Notes under the pieces: generated by a model
Seen by the model: only the letters and a program-made list of their open reading frames with translations
What the model was told of the DNA's origin: nothing
Database searches by the model: none
Position numbers and translations under genes: made by a program
Shown: positions 54,170 through 64,000 of the stretch, piece by piece
How the letters are laid out: the number at the start of each line of letters is the position of its first letter
Position numbering within the stretch: the stretch's first letter is position 1
From: Malacoraja senta
Taxonomy: Eukaryota
Direction of reading: 5' to 3'
Assembly: GCA_038087875.1 (NCBI GenBank)
Contig: JAXLNO010004261.1
Location: forward strand, 1 to 64,000
DNA length: 64,000 nt

Positions 54170-54760
54170 GTCTATTCAGTTATACAGGGCCCTGGTGAGA
54201 CTGCACCTGGAGTATTTTGTGCAGTCTTGGTCGCCTAGTTTGAGGAAGGACATTCTTGCTATTGAAGGAGTGCAGCAAAGTTCACCAGGTTAATTCCCAG
54301 GATGGCAGGACTGACATATAATAAAAGAATGAATCGACTGGGCTTATATTCACTGGAATTCAGAAGGATGAGAGGATATCAGATAGAAACCGAATACTAA
54401 TAAGGGATTTGACAGACTAGATGCAGGAAAAATATTCTCAATGTTGGGGGAGTCCAGAACCAGGGGTCACAGTTTACGAATAAGCGGTAGGCCATTTAGG
54501 ATTGAGATGGGGAAAACCTTTTCACCTAGAGTGTTGTGAATCTGTAGAATTCTCGGCCACAGAAGGCAGCGGAGACCAATTCACTGAATGTATTCAAGAG
54601 AGAGTTAGCTCTTAGGGTTAACGAAATCAAGGGATATGGGGAGAAAGCAGGAACAGGGTACTGATTCTGGTTGACCACCCATGACCATATTGAATGGTGG
54701 TGCTGGCTTGAAGGGCCAAATGGCCTACTCCTGCACCAATTTTTATATGTTTCTATGTCT
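54170..54760 (+). mobile_element. CR1 3' fragment
   Basis: tacagggccctggtgagac...ctatgtttcta-like tail. Confidence 0.9.
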
Positions 54761-55445
54761 AGGTGGACAAATATGCCAAAGTGCATTCTTTGCTTTCCTG
54801 TCTACCCTTGTAGGCATTTTCACGTATCAATGAACTTGCAACCCAAGGACACTCTGTATATTAACACCCCTCAGGTTCTTACCATTTATGTCCTACCAGA
54901 ACATGACATGCCGACACGCACAACTTCACACATGTCTGGATTACATTCCTTCTGCTATTGCTCCATCCAGCTCTCTAGCTAATCTGTATCCCACTGGATC
55001 CATAGACAACCTTCTTCAATGTACATGTCATCTGCAAACCTACTAATCAAACCACCAATATTCACATCCACATCATATATACTATTCACTGCAAAACACA
55101 AAGGGCTGCAGAGACTCAGCAGGTCAGGTAATATCTGGAGGGATTTTATCCCCGCCAAAAATAAACATTATTCAGAATAATGAAATATATACAAAACAAG
55201 AACAGGGCAAAAAACGTTTCTGCCATTCTCAGTGTCCACACATGGATTAATTACGGTTATTTTTGGTTGTGTTCACAAACTATCCTTATATCAAGCACCC
55301 TTGCCGCTCATATAGCCCTCCTGGGTTAATAGCCCTTCCCTTGTTTGAGGGGCGTCTTCACCAGTTGCAGCCCCCCAATGTATTACCACGAAGGACCCTA
55401 GACTGTAGACCTCCACTGAGCCTTGGTGTTGACTGCATCAAGCTT

Positions 55446-56136
55446 CAGTGAGTCCCTCAGCACGTACTCCTGCAGTCTGGAATGGACAGATGATGTTTTG
55501 GGTCAGACACTTCTTCAGACTGATTGTAATAGAAAGCTGAAAAGGAGATGTGGGGCTGGGACAAAGCCTGGCAAGTAATACAGGTGATAAGACATAAAAA
55601 GCTGGAGTAACTCAGTGGGACAGGCAGCATCTCTGGAGAGAAGGAATGGGTGACTTTTCAGGTCGAGATTCTTCTTCAGACTAGTTGGGGATAAGGGAAA
55701 CAAGAGATATAGAAAATGATGTAGAGAGATAAAGAACAATGAATGAAAGATATGCAAAAAAGTAACGATGATAAAGGAAACAGGCCATTGTAAGCTATTT
55801 GTTGGGTGAAAACGAGAAGCTGGTGCGACTAGAGAACGGATTTTGATAAATAGACGGGTGGAGTAAGTGGCAACGGCTAGAGGTGAAAAGGTGACAAAGG
55901 GTCTGAAGAAGGGTCTCGACCCGAAACATCACCCATTCCTTCTCTCCAGAGATGTTGCCTGTTCCGCTGAGTTACTCCAGCTTTTTGTGTCTTATCACCT
56001 GTATCACTTGCCAGGCTTTGTCCCAGCTCCACATCTCTTTTTCAGCTTTCTATTACAATCAGTCTGAAGAAGCGTCTGACCCAAACCATTATCTGTCCAT
56101 TCCAGACTGCAGGAGTACGTGCTGAGGGACTCACTG
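55446..56136. repeat. Inverted repeat with 236-bp arms (55446-55681 and 55901-56136)
   Basis: Arms are reverse complements by inspection and are themselves composite. Confidence 0.85.
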
Positions 56137-56550
56137 GAGAGTTTTAACCAGCATCAGCAGTTCCTTCCTGTACATCCTGCCTTGTATAGCATTGTTCTGT
56201 GTTTACAAATAGAGTGTAAATAAAACCTGGCATCCTGTGTGCCATTTAAATTAATTATGATTGATGTATATTTTTATTCCATGCAATCCTACAAAGTATC
56301 CCACAAATACACCACTCGGCAGCATTCAGTGGATGGTGGCTGAGGCAAGGCAGCTCTTTGAACTAGTTCATGGATCACATGTGTATTCTTTTTACGTTGT
56401 CTTTTACAATTTAGTTGACCAATTAGTTTAAATCTTTTTCCCCCAAGTTACTGAACTTTTTCCACAGGAAGTACTTTTTTATGGCCCATTCTAGTGAGAA
56501 TATTGATGACTGAAAAATAAGAAAACTGTTCTACTGTACTCACTCTAAAC

Positions 56551-57410
56551 TCATGACTGCGTAGCCAGACATAGTCCGAACTCCATCATCAAGTTCGTCG
56601 ACGACACCACTGTTGTGGGACGAATCACTGATGGTGATGAGTCAGAGTATATTAGTGAGATCGACCAGCACAATAACCTGGCCCTCAACACCAGTAAAAC
56701 CAAGGAACTGATTGTGGACTTTGGAAGAGGTAGGATAGGAACCCACAATCCCGTTTATATCCCGGGACGATGGTGGAAAGGGTCAAGAACTTCACATTCC
56801 TGGGCGTGCATATTTCAGAAGATCTTTCCAGGTCCCAGCACACTGATGCAATCATAAAAAAGGCACAGCAGCGCCTCTACTTCCTGAGAAGATTACGGAG
56901 AGTTGGTATGTCAAGGAGGTCTCTCTCGGACTTCTACACGTGCACAGTAGAGAGCATGCTGACTGGTTGCATCGTGGCTTGGTTCAGCAACTTGATCGTC
57001 CAGGAGCGGAAAAGAATGAAGAAAGTTGTAAACACTGCTCAGTCCATCTTCGGCTCTGACCTCCCTTCCATCGAAGGGATCCATCGCAGTCGCTGCCTCA
57101 AAATGGCTGTCAACATCATCAAAGACCCACACCATCCTGACCACACACTCATCTCTCCATTGCCATCGGGAAGAAGGTGCAGGAGCTTGAAATCTGGAAC
57201 ATCCAGGTTCAAGAACAGCTTCTTCCCCACAGCCATCAGGCTATTAAACACGATATCAAACAAACTCTGAACAACAGCCTATTGCACTTTATATGTTTAT
57301 TTATTGTGTATATATATGGTCTATGGTATATAGACACACTGAACTTTTATCTCTGTATTATGTTTACATATTCTGTTGTAATACATGACAATAAAACTCT
57401 CTTGACTTTT
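56551..57410 (+). mobile_element. Rex1/Babar-type LINE 3' part
   Basis: HDCVA....SIIKF.DDTTVVG; IKKAQQRLYFLRRLR; LPSGRR.RSLK..TSRFKNSFFP. Confidence 0.92.
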
Positions 57411-57425
57411 GGGCAGCACTATTAT

Positions 57426-57735
57426 GGGTGGCACGGTGCAGTAGAGGTAGAGCAACTGCCTCACAGTGCCAGAGACCCGGGTTCGATCCTAACTATAGGT
57501 GCTGTCTGTATGGAGTTTGTACGTTCTCCCTGTGACCTGCATGGGTTTTCTCCAAGACCATCGATTTCCTCCCACGTACAAAGACGTACATGTTTATAGG
57601 TTAATGGACTTGGTGTAAATATTAAATTGTCCCAAGTTTGTGTGTAGGGCAGCGTTAAGGTGTGGGAGTCGATGGCCAGCGCAGACTCGGTGGGCCAAAG
57701 TGCCTGTTTCTGCTCTATATCTCTAAACTAAACTA
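57426..57735 (+). mobile_element. V-SINE (HE1-like), full length
   Basis: gacccgggttcgatcc...ctctaaactaaact. Confidence 0.9.
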
Positions 57736-57779
57736 TTAACGTGTGTATCAAATCACTGAGGAGAATAAAGTCATCGAAC

Positions 57780-58095
57780 ACAGAAACTTGCGTCATAGTT
57801 TAAAAATAAGCAGTAGACCATTTAGGAGTGAGATAAGGAAAAACGTTTTCACCCAGAGAGTTGTATATCTGTGGTATTCTCTGCCACAGAAGGCAGTGGA
57901 GGCCAATTCACTGGATGTTTTCAAGATAGAGTTGGATTTAGCTCTTAGGGCTAATGGAATCAAGGGATATGGGTAAAAAGCAGGAACGGGGTACTGATTT
58001 TGGATGATCAGCTATGATCATATTGAATAGCGGTGCTTGCTCGAAGGGCCGAATGGCCTACTCCTGCACCTACAGTATTTTCTATGTTTCCATGT
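57780..58095 (+). mobile_element. CR1 3' end
   Basis: FRSEIRKNVFTQRVV.LW.SLPQKAVEA; tail. Confidence 0.9.
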
Positions 58096-58685
58096 AAATC
58101 TCACATTCCAATGAACTTCCCTCCTCTCTCAATTTTCCCACCACCCACATTCACTTGGGGAAAATTACCTTCCAGTCAAATAATCTGATCCTACCTCACA
58201 AATGTTTATAAACACTTTAAGTGTAACCTTGTTAAATGTGTTCTGAACAGAAGTGATTAATCTTCCCATTTTCTCTACCATCTCAAAAATGTACATACTT
58301 CAGCTGGCATAACTACACTTTTACACATCCTTACACTTCTCTCTGATAAATTCACAGCAGGTCAAGAGCACAATTGCTCAAGCCCTGAGGAATGTATTGC
58401 TGGACTCGACTCAATATTAATCAGCAAAAGACCCATGTTCTTGGCTATGATTACATTACAAATCTATCAAACAACCTTTCCATTTTCAGTGGAAAATAAG
58501 GTAAAATAATGACGTGGTGCTATAAACTTGACACAGAAATATAACATGTTGGAAATGATCCAACAGCATCTGTGGAGGTAAATAAAGTTGCAACAATTTA
58601 GTTGCCAAATTAAATGATGAAGGTCTAGAACGTGAATTCAGATTTCCTCTCCTTAAGCTTGAACTTTTCCTTGCTTTCTGGGTAT

Positions 58686-58979
58686 TTAGTTTAATTTAGA
58701 GATACAGTGCAGAAACCTGTCCTTCAGCCCACCGAATCCACGCCGACCAGCGATCCCCGCACACTATCACTATTTTATTCACGCTTGGGACAATTTAGAA
58801 TTTTACTGAGCAAATTGGTATGTCATTGGAGTGTGGGAGGAAACCGGAGCACCCGGAGGAAACCCGTGCCGGTCATGGGAAGTACGTACAAACTCCATGC
58901 AGACTGAAACCGTAGTCAGGATCAAACCCGGGTCCCTTGCGCTGTAAGGCAGCAGCTCTGCCGCTGCACCACCGTGCTG
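58686..58979 (-). mobile_element. V-SINE (HE1-like), full length
   Basis: Reverse-complement SINE motifs. Confidence 0.88.
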
Positions 58980-59095
58980 AACCATATTTTTTAGCATTTC
59001 CTGCCAAATCCTAAACTGTATCAGAAGATGACTTCTCATGCAATCTTGGTCTTATGTCATTTCAAATATTGTTTTGAAAATATTACTACACACTC

Positions 59096-60140
59096 TAGGT
59101 ATGTTACAAAACTTACCTTCAGCGGCGCTGCAGTTCTGTCACTGCCGGTGTGCACGACTTTGGCGCCTTTGAGAGGGGGCCGGGTTTTAAATGCGATATT
59201 TCGGCAGCCTGTTCTAAACGATCTTGAACAGGTTAAATAGTTCATGAAGAAAAATCACTTTGACTGCCGTTTTATTAAGTTTATTAAAATTAGCGCATTA
59301 TAATTTAATTGTTGGAGTAAAATTAAAATCATCTTCAAATGCCGTCAACGCCGACAACGGGGACGGATTTCACGCACGGGACAAGGCAAGGTACACTGTT
59401 TATTTTTTCATATAAACTTGCTTCTTAGGATGCCTTTAATAAAAATTTCAAGTTGCGAAAATGTGATTATTTAAATATACCAACCGGCAGTATTTGTCCT
59501 GCCGATATTGGGGTTTAATTCAGTGCAAACGTAGCGTTCCAAACCAGCGCGTTCCACAAAATCCCACTCGCAAGATGATTTAAATGGCCATTAATTTACA
59601 GGAATTAAACACTAAATTCCTTCCATTTGGCCTATAAATTAATGACAATGAGATTAAAAAATAATGTTATATTGTGAATTCTTGTGTGAATGTTATTTGG
59701 ACACTTAGGCTTTTTAAAAATGTTAACTTTTTCTTAAGAAATGGATAGATATTTAGATCTAGTAATTGAATTTTGTAATTAGCTATAATTGGGTAACTAA
59801 CTAATTATATGCTTTAATTTCAGGTCATCCAAGTAAGATTGTTTCATATTTGTTTCAGAATGCTTCAATCTATAATAACTGAACATTTCATTAAGTTCTC
59901 TTAATTTTTAAGAAAGTTATGGGCTTTTGACTGTCCTTGATCACAGCTTTTGTGTTAAGTCAATGGAAAAGCAATAGGGAACAAGAAGCTAATTTCCGAG
60001 TATGAAAATGGCCATAACTTTTTTAATACTGAAGATATGAAAGTGAATTAGGTGTCAAATTAAACTTCTTTTTATGCTTTATCTGATGGGATAAATTGCA
60101 GACTTGATTTTTAAAATCTCAAAATTTTGTAACATTGCTA
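59096..60140. mobile_element. Non-autonomous 1,045-bp TIR transposon (copy 2, inverted relative to copy 1)
   Basis: Termini TAGGTATGTTACAAAA...TTTTGTAACATTGCTA. Confidence 0.85.
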
Positions 60141-60334
60141 CATACTCCAGCAAATGGTTTATGAATAATAGAAGAAACTTACTGTACCAGTTAAAAATCA
60201 TTGTGAAAAATGTAATTCCCTCCAAATTTCAATCCCTTCTGTTTTGCAGCAAGTAAGAATTTCATTGTCCTATCTGGGACATATGACAATAAAACCAGCG
60301 CGTTCCACAAAATCCCACTCGCAAGATGATTTAA

Positions 60335-61080
60335 CTGGAGTCAAGGTGGTAAAAGGGGAAGTACAACGGGATCTGGGGGTCCTTGTACATCAGTCTATGA
60401 AAGTAAGCATGCAGGTACAGCAGGCAGTGAAGAGAGCGAATGGCATGTTGGCCTTTATAACAAGAGGAATCAAATATAGGAGCAAAGAGGTCCTTCTGCA
60501 GTTGTAGAGAGCCCTAGTGAGACCACACCTGGAATATTGTGTGCAGTTTTGGTCCCCTAATTTGAGGAAGGACATTCTTGCTATTGAGGGAGTGCAGCAT
60601 AGGTTTAGAAAGTTAATTCCCGGGATGGCGGGACTGTCATATGCTGAGAGAATGGAGCAGCTGGGCTTGTACACTCTGGAGTTTAGAAGGATGAATGGAA
60701 ATCTCATTGAAACATATAAGATTGTTAAGGGCTTGGACATGCTAGAGGCAGGAAACATGTTCCTGATGTTGGGGGAGTCAAGAACCAGGGGCCAAAGTTT
60801 AAGAATAAGGAGTAAGCCATTTAGAACGGAGACGAGGAAACACTTTTTCTCACAGAGAGTGGTGAGTCTGTGGAATTCTCTGCCTCAGAGGGCAGTGGAG
60901 GCAGGTTCTCTGGATGCTTTCAAGAGAGAGCTAGATAGGGCTCTTAAAAACAGCAGAGTCAGGCGATATGGGGAGAAGGCAGGAACGGGGTACTGATTGG
61001 GGACGATCAACCATGATCACATTGAATGGCGGTGCTGGCTCGAAGGGCCAAATGGCCTACTCCTGCACCTATTGTCTATA
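60335..61080 (+). mobile_element. 5'-truncated CR1
   Basis: RPHLEYCVQFWSP...RVVSLWNSLPQRAVEAGSL; tail. Confidence 0.93.
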
Positions 61081-61949
61081 ACACTCTTGTCTCTTGAAGA
61101 TGTGAGGAAGGGTCTCAACCTGAAATGTCACCTATTTCTTTTTGCCAGAAATGCTGCATGACCCACTGAGTTACTCCAGCATTTTGTGTCTATCTTCAGT
61201 GTAAACCAGCATCTGCAGTTTCTTCTTACAAAGGTGTTCCTCTACCACCTGAGTTCCTACAGTAGTTGTTTTTATGATACTAGGTTGACATGCAATTGAG
61301 ACATGCTGTGAGCTTTCCTTCAAAGCAGGAGGACAATTAAGCCCATATGCTCAATCCATGCACATTTTAACCAATGACGTATTGTAAAGCCTTAACAGTA
61401 CAATTTACATTCAGCTTTCAGATAATGCATTCGACCACAAACAGATGTCCATCTCATTAAATTCTACCAGATAAGGCTTGTAAAGTCTGAAAAGGGGTCT
61501 CGACCCGAAACATCACCCATTCCTTTTCTCCAGAGATGCTGCCTGTCCCGCTGAGTTACTCCAGCTTTCTGTGTCTATCATTGAAAGACATTCTCCCTCC
61601 CCCACACTTCCTGCAGCTTAATATGCTTCTTTTTTTCTCCTAGAAAAAGACACAAACTCGATGGTCAGGCAGTATCACTGGAAAACATGGATATGTGGTG
61701 TTGTGGAACAGGATCCTTCTTCAGACTAATTGTGGGAGGTTGGGGGGGGATGATATGGGCATTGTAGAGGGGGAGTGGGAGGGGGAGATGAAGGAAACTG
61801 GATGAAAGGTGGGGCAGGTAATATGTGAACATAGGTGAGGAGGCGGTAATGGGGGGAGTTGATGGGGAGATTATTGGACAAGGGCCAGAGATAAAAATAC
61901 AGGTGTGCAACAAAATAATTGAAAAGTTGCAAATGGCAAATTTAGAAGG

Positions 61950-62640
61950 AAGGGGGAGTGGAGGGAAATAGGTGCAAGTCCAGGTGGGCTACAGGGGAGC
62001 GGGTCAACGGTGGGGAGAAATATGGGTGTGGGGGAGAAATATGGGTGTGGGGGAGAAAGGGGAGGAGGAGAAGGAGGAGAGTAGGGCTTAGGTTTCCTAA
62101 AATTGGCGAGTTCAATGTTCACACCACCAGGTTGAAAGCTACCCAAGAAGAATATTAGGGGCTGTTTGCATGTGACCTCACACTGGCAATGGAGGAGACC
62201 CAAGACAGAAAGGTCAATATGGCAATGGGAAAGGAAGTTCAAGTGGTTAGCAACCAGGAGATCCAGAAGTCCATGGCAGATCCAGTGCATATTTTCGGCG
62301 AAATGGTCGTGGAGTCAATGCTTGGTCTCGTCGATATACAGGAGGCCACATTGGGAACACCGGATGCAATAGAGAAGGTGTACATGAACATCTTGTCTCA
62401 CCTAGAAGGGCTGCTATGGTCCCTCGAGGCAGACCACAGAGGAGGTACAGGATCAGATGTTACATCCGCAGTTGCAGGGGAGATTACCTGGGATGCAATG
62501 GTTTGTGTGGGAAGTGATGAGAATTTTAGGTAACCTACCCCCCCCCCCCATTTCTTGCCCTCCCCTGTGCCCCATCTGGACTTGCATCCATTTCTGCCCT
62601 CCCCCGTCCCCTTCATCCATTCCTCTATTTTCACAATTCA
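61950..62640 (-). mobile_element. Degraded Penelope-like 3' fragment
   Basis: Similar to 36600-37230 and 48045-48530. Confidence 0.75.
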
Positions 62641-63299
62641 CCATTCTTTAATTCCTTTTGTCTTTTCATCTCTGGCCTTTGTTGTCGGAAAATCCTCTCT
62701 GCAACATTTTTAGTTTAGTTTATTGTTACGTGTACAGAGGTACAGTGAAAAGCTTTTGTTGCCTGCTAACCAGTCAGCGTAAAGACAATACATGATTACA
62801 AACTAACCATTTATAGTGTAGAGATACATGATGAGGGAATAACATTTAGTGCAAGGTAAAGCCAGTAAAGTCCGATCAAAGAAAGTCCGAGGGTCACAAA
62901 TGAGGCAGAAGTAGTTCAGGACTGCTCTCTCATTTTGGTATCTATCACCTATCATCTGCCAAACTTTGTTCTGCCCCTCCTCTCTTCCAGCTCCCACAAT
63001 CAGTTTGAAGAATGGTCCTGACCCAAAACCTTAGCATCCCACGTTCTCCAGTAATGCTGCCCGTCCCACTGAGTTATTCCAACACTGTGTCTTTTTATGT
63101 TAACCAGCATCTTCAGTTCCTCCTTTCTTCTTTCTCCTCCTTCCCAGTCCTGAAGGGTCTCTGGCCTGAAACATTAGCTCTGCTTTCCTGCCTACAGATG
63201 AGGCCTGACCTACTGCATATTGCCAGTGTATTCGGTATTTTACTAAAGTCAATTTTAATAATACTATTCCTGCATGCATTAATGAATTACTATCCTTTT

Positions 63300-64000
63300 C
63301 TGGCGGAGGTATTCACGAGAATCTTCAATCTGTCTCTATCTCTGGCAACGGTCCACAAGTGCCTGAAAACAGCCACCATAGTGCCGGTGCCGAAAAAGTC
63401 CAAAGTCACCAACCTGAACGACTACCGCCCGGTTGCTCTAACTCCAATCCCAATGAAGTGCTTCGAAAGGCTGGTCCTCTCCCATATCAAATCCAGCATC
63501 CCTGTCTCACTGGACTCCCATCAATTTGCATACAGGGCAAATAGATCAACAGAGGATGCCATCTCTCTGGCTCTTCACACTGTCCTGACTCACCTGGACA
63601 GACAGGGCACGTATGTGAGGATGCTCTTCATTGACTATAGCTCTGCATTCAATACGGTCATCCCCACCAAGCTCACCACCAAACTCCACCAGCTAGGCCT
63701 CAGCTCGCCGATATGCGATTGGATCCTGAACTTTATGACGGAGCGACCGCAGGCAGTGAGACTGGGCCCGCACCTGTCCTCCACTATCACCCTGAGCACC
63801 GGCACACCACAGGGCTGTGTACTAAGCCCCATGCTCTACTCCCTCTTCACTCACGACTGTGTCCCTGCATTCGACACCAACACCATCGTGAAGTTTGCAG
63901 ATGACACAACAGTGATTGGGCTGATCACCAACGGTGATGAAACAAAATACAGAGCGGAGGTGCCGAACCTGGCGGACTGGTGCGCTCATAACAACTTGTC
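63300..64000 (+). mobile_element. Rex1/Babar-type LINE RT region, open to the window end
   Basis: Read by hand: [12 protein letters not shown]...[18 protein letters not shown]...[13 protein letters not shown]...[10 protein letters not shown]...[10 protein letters not shown]...KFADDT; no stops seen. Confidence 0.93.

Noticed and set aside
59105-59250. Perfect donor AAG|GTAAGT in TIR element copy 2 as a TE-derived leader exon
   Set aside because: The phase-1 frame has a stop 8 codons upstream and no ATG or hydrophobic core.
61368-61386. Adjacent CCAAT and TGACGT as an MHC X2/Y box
   Set aside because: The motifs overlap instead of being about 15-20 bp apart, and no leader exon lies nearby.

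Overview
Eukaryotic, repeat-dense vertebrate DNA. The repeat content (HE1/V-SINE-like SINEs, CR1, L1, Rex1, RTE and Penelope elements) points to a cartilaginous fish, probably a skate or ray; this taxon is inferred. The only host gene I can support is an MHC class I-like heavy-chain gene on the minus strand. Its exons are alpha1 (50917-50657), alpha2 (35633-35358), alpha3 (28564-28298), TM (24519-24412) and a candidate cytoplasmic/stop exon (11335-11295). All have AG/GT boundaries and phase-1 junctions that join in frame. I did not find a leader exon in the window. The predicted protein keeps 6 of 8 canonical peptide-anchor residues but has T143F, Y159L, a bulky hydrophobic groove and a spare alpha1 Cys, so it looks non-classical. 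The rest of the window is largely nested transposons: a decayed L1 interrupted by a young CR1, a fossil hAT/Buster transposase, two inverted copies of a 1.04-kb TIR element bracketing alpha1-alpha3, hAT and Harbinger MITEs, a minisatellite with higher-order structure, and many Penelope tails carrying hammerhead-ribozyme-like motifs. There is one assembly gap (6954-7108). No CRISPR, rRNA or true tRNA genes were seen. Exon, TIR and junction coordinates were read base by base; most other repeat boundaries are approximate (tens of bp).
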